DNA of 64,000 nucleotides from Eledone cirrhosa (taxonomy: Eukaryota), in NCBI GenBank assembly GCA_964016885.1, contig OZ024741.1, forward strand, positions 2,728,001 to 2,792,000, written 5' to 3'. Shown in pieces: positions 41,035 to 53,238 of the stretch. The position numbers and the translations under genes are program-made. The notes under the pieces were generated by a model. That model had not been told where the DNA came from, ran no database searches, and saw nothing but the letters and a program-made list of their open reading frames with translations. Numbering within the stretch: position 1 is the stretch's first letter; the number at the start of each line of letters is the position of its first letter.

Positions 41035-41620
41035 ATCGAGCCTAGTACTGGACTGATACTTCATTTATCGACCGTGTAAAGATGAAAGGCAAAGTTGACA
41101 TTGGTGTGATTTGGGGTGAGACAGGGCCAGACTAATACAGCAAATCATTCTACGTGACGTCATAACTCCGCCAATTCAACACTAACAACGTCATAACTCC
41201 GCCAATCCTACGCCAACACGTCATAACTCCGCAAATTCAACGCCAACAACGGCATAACTCCGCCAAGTTAACGCTAACAACTTCATAGCTTTGCCAATTC
41301 AACGCCAACAACGTCATAACTCTGCCAATTCAACGCCAACAACGTCATAACTACGACAATTCAACGCCAACAACGTTATAACTCCATCGATTCAACGCCA
41401 ACAACGTTATAACTCCGCCTATTCAACGCCAACAACGTCATAACTCCGCCAATTCAATGCCAACAACGTTATAACTCCTCCAATTCAACGCCAACAACGT
41501 TATAACTCCGCCAATTCAATGCCAACAACGTTATAATTCCGCCAATTCAACGACAACATCGTTATTACTCCACCAATTCAACGCCAACAACGCCATAACT
41601 CCAGCAATTCAACGCCACAT
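41035..41620 (-). repeat. Degenerate OR-like SINE (41035-41180) whose 5' head is amplified as a 31-bp minisatellite x ~15
   Basis: Unit AACGTCATAACTCCGCCAATTCAACGCCAAC; its reverse complement GGCGTTGAATTGGCGGAGTT is a SINE head contiguous with the SINE body. Confidence 0.85.
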
Positions 41621-41711
41621 AAAGTTGAAATAAAGTTACGTTTCCTTGAATAATAGTAAATAAAAACCGCTTGGACGAGAACTTGTCAGTCCGTACCAGG
41701 TAAATAATGGT

Positions 41712-41900
41712 TTCTGATTTAGACACGGCCATGGGGGGGGGGGGGTGATTAAATCGACCCCAGTGCATTACTGGTACTTTATTTTGTCAACTCCGTAAGG
41801 ATGAAAGGCAAATCTAATCTCGACGAGATTTGAACACAGAACGTAAAAAGACGTAACTCTATGCCACTAAATATATTGTTGGATGCTCTACCGATTCTAC
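41712..41900 (-). mobile_element. OR-like SINE
   Basis: Family homology. Confidence 0.8.
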
Positions 41901-42056
41901 AAACAATCCTTTTAAACGCAAATAATACAAGTTAAAAATGAGCGTGGTGTCTAGGACACACTTGGTTTGAAATAGATAAACTTAACAAGTGTTTGTGTTT
42001 GTATGTGTGGGGGAGTGAGTATGTATTTATATATATATAAATGAATAAATAAATAA

Positions 42057-42110
<54 letters not shown>

Positions 42111-42113
<3 letters not shown>

Positions 42114-42474
42114 CGATATTAATAAATGGAAACTATATTTATAAAACCAAATTTATTTCATTATACATATTTCAAGGATACCAAGTTAAATTATGGTATG
42201 CCTTCATCAGACAAAATACAATATATATCAGTTTTACAAATAAGTATTGACGTACCCTTTCAAAATGCGACCATTACTTTTGGAGGACAACCTGATGTCC
42301 TCCAAAAGTAATGGTCGCATTTTGAAAGGGTACGTCAATGCTTATTTGTAAAACTGATATATATTGTATTTTGTCTGATGAAGGCATACCATAATTTAAC
42401 TTGGTATCCTTGAAATATGTATAATGAAATAAATATGGTTTTATAAATATAGTTTCCATTTATTAATATCGTAT
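42111..42474. mobile_element. Near-perfect palindrome (~179-bp arms, 6-nt loop) with hammerhead-like core
   Basis: 42375 CTGATGA-AGGCATACCA..TGGTATCCTT-GAAA; stem I weak. Confidence 0.7.
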
Positions 42475-42558
42475 ATCTACTCCAAATACTTGTCGAGTGC
42501 TTTATATCAGTTATAAAAATATTTACTTGTTGTATCCCAACAATTTAAATAGAACTTT

Positions 42559-42635
<77 letters not shown>

Positions 42636-42763
42636 GTGCGTGTATATGTATATATGCATACATATACGTAGATAAATGTGTGTATATACATATATATATA
42701 TATGAAGTATTTCCGTAGGAATGGTAAAGGAAAAGGGAGTGCTCTGTGTAGGCTACAGAGCTT

Positions 42764-42961
42764 TTTAGTTATGTAATAAACAACGTAAGATAATTATTTC
42801 ATTTACCAGTGGTTTCTTGGAGACAGATATTTATTTCTGCCTTCATTCATCAGAAAAATAATATGATTTTTCTGATGAATGAAGACAGACATAAATATCT
42901 GTCTCCAAGAAACCACTGGTAAATGAAATAATTATCTTACGTTGTTTATTACATAACTAAA
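42764..42961. mobile_element. Palindrome (~96-bp arms) with hammerhead-like core
   Basis: 42872 CTGATGA..AGACAGA/TCTGTCT..GAAA-CCACTGG-TA. Confidence 0.7.
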
Positions 42962-42970
42962 TATATATAT

Positions 42971-43583
42971 ATGAATGTATATATAGTGTATTTTGCAATA
43001 CACTGTATGCTTAATTAAAAGCATTTCGAAAACCTTGTGCTATTGTTTTAGAGTAGTGACAGACTCACTTATTTACTTTAATTTTTTCAGCAAACAGGGG
43101 AGATAAAGTTGACAAGGTCTTGTTTCGCATTTATTGATGCTTATCAAAGCCAACTACTCCTCCTGTTTGCTGAAATCATGGATGTTTGGTTCTTATAGAA
43201 TTCTAGTAAATAATCAGGAACTGATTATACAGAGCGGTTGCCGGTCAAGCAGAAATTGAAAATTAGAATTGGTGCTCTGAAATAGCTGTATATATATGAG
43301 ACCGGCATGAGACCGGCAACCGCTCTGTATAATCAGTTCCTGATTATTTACTAGAATTCTATAAGAACCAAACATCCATGATTTCAGCAAACAGGAGGAG
43401 TAGTTGGCTTTGATAAGCATCAATAAATGCGAAACAAGACCTTGTCAGCTTTATCTCCCCTGTTTGCTGAAAAAAATTAAAGTAAGTGAGTCTGTCACTA
43501 CTCTAAAACAATAGCATAAGGTCTTCGAAAGGCTTTTAATTAAGCATACAGTGTATTGCAAATTACACTATATATACATTCAT
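42971..43583. mobile_element. Inverted repeat (42971-43246 / 43311-43583) carrying a hammerhead
   Basis: ~275-bp arms, 64-bp spacer, TA-rich flanks. Confidence 0.8.
43382..43472 (+). ncRNA. Type I hammerhead with U3-A8 core and extended stem I
   Basis: GGCT-TTGATAA-GCAT-CAATAA-ATGC-GAAA-CAAG-AC-CTTG-TC-AGCT closed by TTTCAGCAAACAGG/CCTGTTTGCTGAAA. Confidence 0.8.
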
Positions 43584-43606
43584 TTTATATATATATATAT
43601 ATATAA

Positions 43607-43906
43607 TAGTAGAACACTGGAGGGTTATATCCGTAGTAGTAGAGCACTCAGTCCATGAGACGAGTTTGGTAGACGTAGTTCCACAACAGTTAATTCACCA
43701 TACCGAGAACGAATGTTTCACCTTAAGGAGATCATCAGCTCGGTCTGAGTGAAGTTGTACGGAAAAGGAAAAACAACCGTATAAATACGCATGCGCAGAA
43801 ACAGTCACTTCTCCTAGACGATATAATCCTATGGATTATATTACTGATGATCCGCATAAGGTGAAACATTTATTCTCGGTATGGTGAACTAACTGTTGTG
43901 GAACTA

Positions 43907-43910
<4 letters not shown>
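43607..43910 (-). mobile_element. Small fold-back element (arms 43675-43738 / 43844-43907) with hammerhead at 43702-43744 (minus)
   Basis: Minus strand ACCGAG-CTGATGA-..CCTTAAGG..-GAAAC-ATTC-GTT-CTCGGT. Confidence 0.7.
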
Positions 43911-43969
<59 letters not shown>

Positions 43970-44024
43970 CGAAGGAAATGTGGTAAGGAACCAAGTGGAC
44001 CATAACGCACCAAAGTACAAAGTA

Positions 44025-44091
<67 letters not shown>

Positions 44092-45704
44092 CGGCGATGA
44101 ATTAGTTTAGCGAGGTTTTTTATATGAAATCGTGTGTCGAAACAGATATTGTTATACTTGGGGAGGGTCATATTTGCGTAATATTGCCAGAATTAATAAC
44201 AGAACACACTCACTGTTTGGTTGGTTTTCGCTTCTCGCTGTCTTTTATATATATATATCTGCGATCTAACTTACTCGGTCCTCAATGTTGCCATTGACTG
44301 ACCGGCGGTCAAAAATAATACAGATACAATATAGACACAAACACATATATATAGTTTACATAGTTTACATAAATCTTTCGTTGCACATCTGCAACATCGT
44401 CAGTGGTGTTATATTCATTGTTCCTCCTGTTGTGTTGTATGTCTACGCCATTTTTTTTTGTTCAGTCTGTCTATATATTTATTTATTTATTTGCTTGTTT
44501 GTTTATTTTATTTTATTTTGTCTTCTTTGCGCATGCGTTTGCGTGTGTGTATAGTGTTATGTGTGACGTGTGACTAGTGTGTATAGTGTTGTGTCTGCTG
44601 GGTGACTAGTGCGTGTTTATGTGCTTGTGTATGTATTTATTTATCTTATTTTATTTAATTTTATTTACTTATTTATACTTCTCTTAGGTCAGTGTTGTTT
44701 GTTTGGGTGTTGTTGTTGTTCCACTCATTCTTTCTGTTTAGCTTTGGTCTTCTAATTTCTATTTCACTGGCCTCTCTGATTTGCCTATCTGCTGGGTCAT
44801 TCCTATGTTTAGATATTATTCTAATTTCTATGTTGTCTATGTTACCGTCATGTTGTTGTCTAGCATGTTCGTATAGTACTGACCCGTTTGTTCGTCCTTT
44901 TAGTTCCCCCAGTGTTGGTCTATCCTTTCACCTATGCTACGAGCTGTCTCACCTATGTATGTTGTTGTCATGTTTCTGCAAGTACCCTCTGTACATCTTA
45001 TGCTATAGACTACGTTTCTAGTTTTACAGTTTATCCGGGGGTTCACCTTACATATGATACATTTCCTATTAGTACAGTGGGTTTTCTTAAAAGGGTAGGT
45101 TTTGCTGATCAGGGATTTTATGGTGGTTCCTGGCTTTTCTACCACCTTTATTTTTAAGTGGGTCTTTCTCAGGGCCTTTCTACACTGGTTAGCTAATTTC
45201 CCTCCAGGGGTGGCGTCCACAAACATGACACTCTGATATCTCTGGTTGTCGTACCATGATGTGGCCTTCCCTATCTTATGTCTAGCCATATCTAAGCTAT
45301 TCCATGATTTGCTCCTGTATAGTGGGCAAATTCCTTTCATGTCCAGTTCTATGAGGGTCTTATACTTTTCCATGGCTCCTTCGTATACTCTGACTCTGTC
45401 TCTTTGGTTGTAGCCAGAGAACTGCATGCGGTTGATGAAGTGTTGGATGTGTCCTTCCATTTCTGTTGGGTCGCACATGCTGGACACATTCTTCATCACT
45501 CGTACCAAATCTGCGATCAGAATATTAAACTTAGCACTACTGGACATTGCTGAGTTTTTGAGTATCAGGTATTTGGAGGCCATGGGTTTAGCATAGTGTG
45601 AGTGGAGAATTTGGGCTCTCTCGTCTATAGTGTTAATCCAGAGTTCTGTGTCTAATACAGGTAGTCTATTGTTAGGGTGTTTGGAAGGGAAGTCTATAGT
45701 TACA

Positions 45705-48700
45705 AGAGATGACTTCATGAGCGTCATCCGACGCGAAACGAAATATGCTCAAAACGAATGCTGTAGGCATTTCAAGAAGAAATTAGAATGGATGAATAAG
45801 AAAAAACTACAAGAAAGGAAAATCGAATATTCTCAAAAATACCCAGATAACATCGACAACATCCGTATGAGTGATGTAAAACTACCGGAAGAATTTACCA
45901 ATGACCACACAGCAAATATCTATGGGAACACTTTAATCAGTGAACAAGAACAACAAATCCTAAAGTTACCACCAAAATTTGCCATCTACAAAAAGATTAA
46001 CCCTATGGAATGCAAATCGGAGCTGGAAAAGTGTTTCACAAAAATACGTTGGAATGCAAAGGTAAACAACAACAACAATAATAACGGTAGTAGTAATATA
46101 AACAATAACTCTGGGTATAGAAATAACAGCCATAACCATAACAATGGCAGGAAAGTGAGAAATAGTGATAATGGCAATAATACTAGCGATAGACAGAACA
46201 ACAACAACCACAATAATAATAATAATAGAAACGTTAACCACAGACACAGCAACAGTGACCACAGTAGTAATAACGGTAACAATACGAACAACAACAACAA
46301 CAATAACCACAGTGGTAATAATGGAAATAGTACATGTAGCAACATCAACAAAAACAAGAAACATAATAATAGTAACAACCACAATGGTAGAAATAGCAGT
46401 AACAACAACAACAATAACGGTGAAGTAAACAACAATACATCTAGCAATCATAACAATAATAATATTAATGCTAATGATAGAAACAACAACAACCACCATG
46501 ATAACAATAATAGCAACACACACAACTATGACGATAGAAATAACGACAACCCCTTAGAGAAACTATTTTTCAACCCAGCTGACAAAACATATAAGATGGG
46601 TAATATCTATCCTACGAGGTTACCCTTTAATAAAAGAGTTTGCATACCACAGCAAATAGATGACGAGACGGAGGCACAGTTCACCATAGCTAGAAATAAG
46701 ATTAGACAAGTAGTAGACAGGTACACTATGAGACAGAGCAGACCAGAGGCCCAACAACTTGGGATAAAACCTGTAGAAGGCTTGGTTAGCCTCAAGCAGC
46801 GCACAAGGGATGGTGAGGTAGTGTGTCTACCCACAGATAAGTCTGGTAGGATGTCAATAGATAGCATGCCGAACTACATCAAGGCAATGCAACCCCACAT
46901 CACCAACACGAGCGAAGTTGCACAACTAACACACGATGGGAGAGAAAAAATCCTCAACGCTCACATGATGATGTGGACTGACATCCTAAAGCCAAGCAGA
47001 CGCACTGCCAACAACTTCCAGGCGTCTAACAATGGCATACCACCCTTGTATGGGCTCCGCAAAGACCACAAGACAGTCGACGACCCGACAACAGGACCAC
47101 CAACAAGACCCGTATGCGGAGCTAATATAGCTAGCAACTACAGGATCTCCTACTTCCTCTCAATGGTTATACGCCCCATAATCAAGATGTCCCCAGATGT
47201 ATGTGAAAGTACAGAGGACCTCCTCAGCAGAATCAGCGAGTGCAACAAAAACAGGAGCCTATCCAACTGCATAATAGGCAGCATGGATGTGGTGTCACTG
47301 TACCCATCCATTAACATTGATTTTGCTGTGAAAAGATGTGTGGAGATGATCATTGAGAGTGAGGTGGAGTTCTGCGACGTCGACACAGACGAACTGGGCC
47401 TCCTACTTAGACTTACCTACGACACTGACTACCTAGACAGCCATGACCTTAGATGTTTCTGCCCTAGTAGACCTATAAGAGGTAGACCCCCCACCATAAC
47501 CTCAATGGCTAAAAAGACTCCCATAGGAAGGTGGATTGGGTGGACCAAAGCTATACGGACCCCCCAAAACAATGATCAGGTAAGAAAAATGGTCGCACAT
47601 GCAATAGGGGCTAGTATCAAAACTACCCTAAAGGGCCACATATTTAAGTTCAATGAGAAAATCTACACCCAAAATGAGGGAGCAGCCATCGGCGTCAGCA
47701 TAGCTGGTGATGTTGCCAACCTTTTCATGGTATGGTGGGAAAGGAGACTTAAAGATCTCCTTAATGAAAGCTCCATAGACCTCATCATGTACTCTCGTTA
47801 TGTAGACGATATCAATATAGTTATAAGAACACCCCCACTAGAGAGCACTAACAAGTTTGATTTAGAACGTAGCACGGTGGAAAGCATCCAGCAGATAGCT
47901 AATTCCATACACCAGAGTATAACTGTAACTATAGACTTCCCTTCCAAACACCCTAACAATAGACTACCTGTATTAGACACAGAACTCTGGATTAACACTA
48001 TAGACGAGAGAGCCCAAATTCTCCACTCACACTATGCTAAACCCATGGCCTCCAAATACCTGATACTCAAAAACTCAGCAATGTCCAGTAGTGCTAAGTT
48101 TAATATTCTGATCGCAGATTTGGTACGAGTGATGAAGAATGTGTCCAGCATGTGCGACCCAACAGAAATGGAAGGACACATCCAACACTTCATCAACCGC
48201 ATGCAGTTCTCTGGCTACAACCAAAGAGACAGAGTCAGAGTATACGAAGGAGCCATGGAAAAGTATAAGACCCTCATAGAACTGGACATGAAAGGAATTT
48301 GCCCACTATACAGGAGCAAATCATGGAATAGCTTAGATATGGCTAGACATAAGATAGGGAAGGCCACATCATGGTACGACAACCAGAGATATCAGAGTGT
48401 CATGTTTGTGGACGCCACCCCTGGAGGGAAATTAGCTAACCAGTGTAGAAAGGCCCTGAGAAAGACCCACTTAAAAATAAAGGTGGTAGAAAAGCCAGGA
48501 ACCACCATAAAATCCCTGATCAGCAAAACCTACCCTTTTAAGAAAACCCACTGTACTAATAGGAAATGTATCATATGTAAGGTGAACCCCCGGATAAACT
48601 GTAAAACTAGAAACGTAGTCTATAGCATAAGATGTACAGAGGGTACTTGCAGAAACATGACAACAACATACATAGGTGAGACAGCTCGTAGCATAGGTGA

Positions 48701-48956
48701 AAGGATAGACCAACACTGGGGGGAACTAAAAGGACGAAAAAACGGGTCAGTACTATACGAACATGCTAGACAACAACATGACGGTAACATAGACAACATA
48801 GAAATTAGAATAATATCTAAACATAGGAATGACCCAGCAGATAGGCAAATCAGAGAGGCCAGTGAAATAGAAATTAGAAGACCAAAGCTAAACAGAAAGA
48901 ATGAGTGGAACAACAACAACACCCAAACAAACAACACTGACCTAAGAGAAGTATAA
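45705..48956 (+). CDS. Penelope-like RT/GIY-YIG polyprotein, open but lacking its natural N-terminus
   Basis: PTDKSG, PLYGLRKDHK, MDVVSLYPSI, QNEGAAIG, YSRYVDDI, LPVLD, CTNRKCIIC zinc-finger linker, VVYSIRC..YIGETAR..ERIDQH, IREA, LN. Confidence 0.93.
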   Translation, partial: RDDFMSVIRRETKYAQNECCRHFKKKLEWMNKKKLQERKIEYSQKYPDNIDNIRMSDVKLPEEFTNDHTANIYGNTLISEQEQQILKLPPKFAIYKKINPMECKSELEKCFTKIRWNAKVNNNNNNNGSSNINNNSGYRNNSHNHNNGRKVRNSDNGNNTSDRQNNNNHNNNNNRNVNHRHSNSDHSSNNGNNTNNNNNNNHSGNNGNSTCSNINKNKKHNNSNNHNGRNSSNNNNNNGEVNNNTSSNHNNNNINANDRNNNNHHDNNNSNTHNYDDRNNDNPLEKLFFNPADKTYKMGNIYPTRLPFNKRVCIPQQIDDETEAQFTIARNKIRQVVDRYTMRQSRPEAQQLGIKPVEGLVSLKQRTRDGEVVCLPTDKSGRMSIDSMPNYIKAMQPHITNTSEVAQLTHDGREKILNAHMMMWTDILKPSRRTANNFQASNNGIPPLYGLRKDHKTVDDPTTGPPTRPVCGANIASNYRISYFLSMVIRPIIKMSPDVCESTEDLLSRISECNKNRSLSNCIIGSMDVVSLYPSINIDFAVKRCVEMIIESEVEFCDVDTDELGLLLRLTYDTDYLDSHDLRCFCPSRPIRGRPPTITSMAKKTPIGRWIGWTKAIRTPQNNDQVRKMVAHAIGASIKTTLKGHIFKFNEKIYTQNEGAAIGVSIAGDVANLFMVWWERRLKDLLNESSIDLIMYSRYVDDINIVIRTPPLESTNKFDLERSTVESIQQIANSIHQSITVTIDFPSKHPNNRLPVLDTELWINTIDERAQILHSHYAKPMASKYLILKNSAMSSSAKFNILIADLVRVMKNVSSMCDPTEMEGHIQHFINRMQFSGYNQRDRVRVYEGAMEKYKTLIELDMKGICPLYRSKSWNSLDMARHKIGKATSWYDNQRYQSVMFVDATPGGKLANQCRKALRKTHLKIKVVEKPGTTIKSLISKTYPFKKTHCTNRKCIICKVNPRINCKTRNVVYSIRCTEGTCRNMTTTYIGETARSIGERIDQHWGELKGRKNGSVLYEHARQQHDGNIDNIEIRIISKHRNDPADRQIREASEIEIRRPKLNRKNEWNNNNTQTNNTDLREV

Positions 48957-49223
48957 ATAAGTAAATAAAATTAAATAAAATAAGATAAATAAATACATAC
49001 ACAAGCACATAAACACACACTAGTCACCCAGCAGACACAACACTATACACACTAGTCACACATCACACATAACACTATACACACACGCAAACGCATGCGC
49101 AAAGAAGACAAAATAAAATAAGATAAACAAACAAGCAAATAAATAAATAAATATATAGACAGACTGAACAAAAAAAAATGGCGTAGACATACAACACAAC
49201 AGGAGGAACAATGAATATAACAC

Positions 49224-49262
49224 CACTGACGATGTTGCAGATGTGCAACGAAAGATTTATGT
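49224..49262 (+). ncRNA. Minimal hammerhead-like motif in the pLTR (inverted copy ~44368-44405)
   Basis: CTGACGA-T-GTTGCA-GATG-TGCAAC-GAAA-GATT-TA; stem I only ~2 bp. Confidence 0.55.
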
Positions 49263-49475
49263 AAACTATGTAAACTATATATATGTGTTTGTGTCTATAT
49301 TGTATCTGTATTATTTTTGAACGCCGGTCAGTCAATGGCAACATTGAGGACCGAGTAAGTTAGATCGCAGATATATATATATAAAAGACAGCGAGAAGCG
49401 AAAACCAACCAAACAGTGAGTGTGTTCTGTTATTAATTCTGGCAATATTACGCAAATATGACCCTCCCCAAATAT

Positions 49476-49666
<191 letters not shown>

Positions 49667-49711
49667 TAGTTCCACAACATATATATATATATATATATAT
49701 ACATATATATA

Positions 49712-49748
<37 letters not shown>

Positions 49749-49749
<1 letters not shown>

Positions 49750-50018
49750 GAGGCATGTAGCCTAGTGGTAAGAGTGTTGGACTTACGATCATAATGTCGT
49801 GGGTTCGATTCCTGTGCCGCGTGTTGTGTTCTTGAGCAAAACACTTCATTTGACGTTGCTCCAGTATACTCAGCTGAAAATGAGTACCAGCAATAGCTGG
49901 AGGTTTAACCTTGCGATGGACTGGCGTCCTGTCCAGGGGGAGTCTTGTACTCTGAGTCGATTCACGGCATGAAACCGGTATAAGCACAAATGAGCCTTCT
50001 GGCTTAAGACAGACTTTA
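49749..50018 (+). mobile_element. tRNA-derived SINE (second family), full length
   Basis: A box TAGCCTAGTGG, B box GGTTCGATTCC, CTTGAGCAAAACAC, GCGATGGACTGGCGTCCTGTCCAGGG. Confidence 0.9.
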
Positions 50019-50042
50019 GAATTTTATATATATATATATATA

Positions 50043-51058
50043 TAAACGGAAAAAATGAAACGAAATTTCATTTCCCACTCTTAGTACGGCTGTTACTTAA
50101 ATATAAGTATGTATACGTACATACATATATGTATACAGACGTACAGTAGTATGTATATATATATATATATACACATGCACACATATATATATGTACGTAT
50201 TGATTCACCAAACATTTATTATAATGCTCGGTGGGTTTGTAAACAAACATCCCGTATTAAGCCGTGGTGTCTAGCAACCACCGTTGCTCGTTTGTTCAAC
50301 ACTGACAAAGGAACGCTGTACTAGTTTCAAGCTTGTTAGCTATCGTCAGCAAGTATACCTTCCTGCTAGATAGTTGAACGTCCGAAAGTATATACTTTCC
50401 TTATGCATATTAACGGCTGAGTAGCCCAATTTGCATATCAAATGGGTTAATCGGTTGCTAGACACTACGGCTTAATACGGGATGTTTGTTTACAAACACA
50501 CCGAGCATTAAAATAAATGTTTGGTGAATCCATACGTACATATATATATGTATGTATATATATATACATACTACTGTATGTCTGTATACATATAGGTATG
50601 TACGTATACATACTTATATTCAAGTAACAGCCGTACTAAGAGTGGGAATTGAAATTTCGTTTCATTTTTTCCGTTTATCGTTTTCGGTGCACCCGGCCGA
50701 TTAACCCACTCGATATGCAAATTGGGCTACTCAGCCGTTAATATGCATAAGGAAAGTATATACTTTCGGACGTTCAACTATCTGGCAGGAAGGTATACGT
50801 TGCTGACGATAGCTAACAAGCTTGAAACTAGTACAGCGTTCCTTTGTCAGTGTTGAACAAACGAGCAACGGTGGTTGCTAGACACTACGGCTTAATACGG
50901 ATGTTTGTTTACAAACACACCGAGCATTATAATAAATGTTTGGTGAATCCATACGTACATATATATATGTGTGCATGTATGTATATATATATATATATAT
51001 ATATACATACTACTGTACGTCTGTATACATATATGTATGTACGTATACATACTTATAT
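50043..51058 (+). mobile_element. Non-coding retrozyme-like array: 420-bp unit, ~1.4 tandem copies (50453-51058) preceded by an inverted copy (50043-50454)
   Basis: GGTTGCTAGACACTACGG at 50453 and 50873; left part is the reverse complement; hammerheads on both strands. Confidence 0.85.
50797..50839 (+). ncRNA. Canonical minimal type I hammerhead (inverted copy 50313-50354)
   Basis: ACGTTG-CTGACGA-T-AGCT-AACA-AGCT-T-GAAA-CTAG-TA-CAGCGT; palindromic ACTAGT stem III. Confidence 0.85.
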
Positions 51059-51062
51059 ATAT

Positions 51063-51106
<44 letters not shown>

Positions 51107-51444
51107 AAATATACACATGTAGACATGCTGTAACATACATACGCCAGGAGAGATGCGGAGTTCGATTCCTTGTATGCGCTTCTGTCCTACTTTTTCCGTG
51201 TCCAAGAGTACCTTACCCCATTTTCTCAACTATTATTTATTGTGATGCTGATTAGTTTAGTAAAGTCATTTCCTTTGGGACGCATACTTTTCAAAGTTAA
51301 TTTTTCCCGATATTTGCTAAGTCATATATATCTAGATACGTTTGTTGATTGCATAATTGTATATACGTGTGTATCTGTGTGAGTATGTACGCTCGTATGT
51401 ATGTACATATATATATATATGTACATACACACACATACACGAAC

Positions 51445-52489
51445 AATGAGAATCGCTGTGGAATATTGCGCCCTCGTACGACATTCCTGCAAGATCCATT
51501 TTCAAAGTCCTGTACGCAAACTCCAGCTGCTGCGTGCGAACTCAGTCCTGTGTGACGGTGTTCTTTGAGATTGTCTCCAGAATCAGACAGGGTTGCATTC
51601 TCTCTCCACTGTTGTTTCTGTTGGCAGCCGATTTCGTTCTAAGGCGAACAGATGAAGGACCCGGTCGAGGAATCCCATGAAGTGGACAGTCGTGGCTGAG
51701 GGACCTGGCATTCGCCGACATCGCTTTGATCGCTGAAGATAGTACAGATCTGCAGGTTCTAACAACATCCCTACAAGAGAGTGCGGAAAAGATCGGCCTG
51801 AGAATCAACACTAAAAAGACCAAGGTGATGAGGACAGCCAACAACACAGGTGCAGTGGTTGACGTCAACCAACAAGACCTGAAGGAAGTCGATCACTTCA
51901 CCTATCTGGGTAACATCCTGGCAAACAATGGCGACACGGAGCTCGACATCAACTGTCATATCAACAAAGGAGCCGCAGTTTTCCAGCAGTTGCGCCCTGT
52001 CGGTTCGTCTTCATGCATCAGCCCCAGGATCAAGCTGCACCTGTACAAGACCATCGTGCTACCGACAGTACATTCGTGAGTGAAACCTGGAAGAGCACGG
52101 CAAAGATAGAGAGACGACTGAACACTTTCCATCAGTGGTGCCTGCGAAGCATCCTTCGTGTGCCCTGGCGAGGCCGAGTGTGAAACGAGGAAATCCCGCA
52201 GAGAGCCGAGTCGTGGACGCTACAGAAGATGGTCACGGTGCCGCCTGGCTGGCCATATTTTGCGCCTGCTCAACGAACAACACTCGAAAACAGCGATGAA
52301 CTGGACTCCACCTGGCGGCAAACGGAGGCGGGGTTGCCCCAGGATCACCTGGTGACGAAAGTTCCGAAAAGACCTGATGGCAGCCAACATCACTTGGCAA
52401 GGACACGAAAAAGTCGCCGCTGATCGTGACATTTGGCAAGAACTTACTGCTTGATATGGCGAAAGACGCGGAACAACGTAAGACTAAGT
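51445..52489 (+). mobile_element. 5'-truncated degenerate RTE-clade LINE
   Basis: IRQGCILSPLLF, LAFAD, GLRINTKKTK, FTYLG, ETW, WTPPGGKRRRG; TAAGACTAAG tail. Confidence 0.88.
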
Positions 52490-52684
52490 GTATTCCGGGT
52501 TCAATCGGGGTTAGCCACAGTTATTAAGGTACTCAATACATTAGTAGAGTATATACAATATTTAATACAGAAATGGGTTCTACACGAGTAGAACTAAACC
52601 ATTCGAAGGAAACCATCAGGAAATCCTTGATGATTTCCTTCCAATGAAACAGTTCTAGTCATGTAGGAGCCATTTCTATATTTA

Positions 52685-52690
<6 letters not shown>
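52490..52690. mobile_element. Small fold-back Penelope-type terminal fragment
   Basis: Imperfect inverted arms around 52625; homologous to 20-162. Confidence 0.5.
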
Positions 52691-52740
<50 letters not shown>

Positions 52741-52814
52741 ATGTGTGTGTGAGAGAGAGGGAGTGTATGTGTGTGTGTGTGTGTGTATCTGCGTGTGTGT
52801 GTGTGTGTGTGTCT

Positions 52815-52904
<90 letters not shown>

Positions 52905-53081
52905 CTGCGTGAGTGTGTGTGTGTGTATACATTTTTCGTAGGTTTAATGTGTTGAGTTCTAGTTATAATTTAGTCATGGGAAACAACTGTAAAAGATTAC
53001 CAACTTGTTACAACGAGTTACAACCCTTGTTTCTTTTGCTATTAACTTTAATAGTTTCATTCAAACGTCGTCTTTCTAAGA

Positions 53082-53238
53082 TGTTGAGTTGGTAGAGTCG
53101 TTAGAATGTCGGATAGAGCTCTTTGCCGGATTCGTTCCAGCTCTCTATTCTCCGAGTTCAAATCCCGTCGAGGTCAACTTTGCATTTCATTCTTTCAAGG
53201 TCGATAAACAAAAGTACTAATGAAGTATTGAGTCGATT
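53082..53238 (+). mobile_element. OR-like SINE subfamily whose head matches the 29-bp satellite
   Basis: TGGTAGAGTCGTTAGAATGTCGGATAGA, B box GAGTTCAAATCC. Confidence 0.85.

Noticed and set aside
45630-45704. N-terminus of the 1108-aa ORF
   Set aside because: Antisense RT sequence from the inverted arm, fused in frame by chance; not the real start
49749-49820. tRNA gene (also other A/B-box hits and 51140-51180)
   Set aside because: The A/B boxes continue into SINE bodies; no complete cloverleaf or terminator
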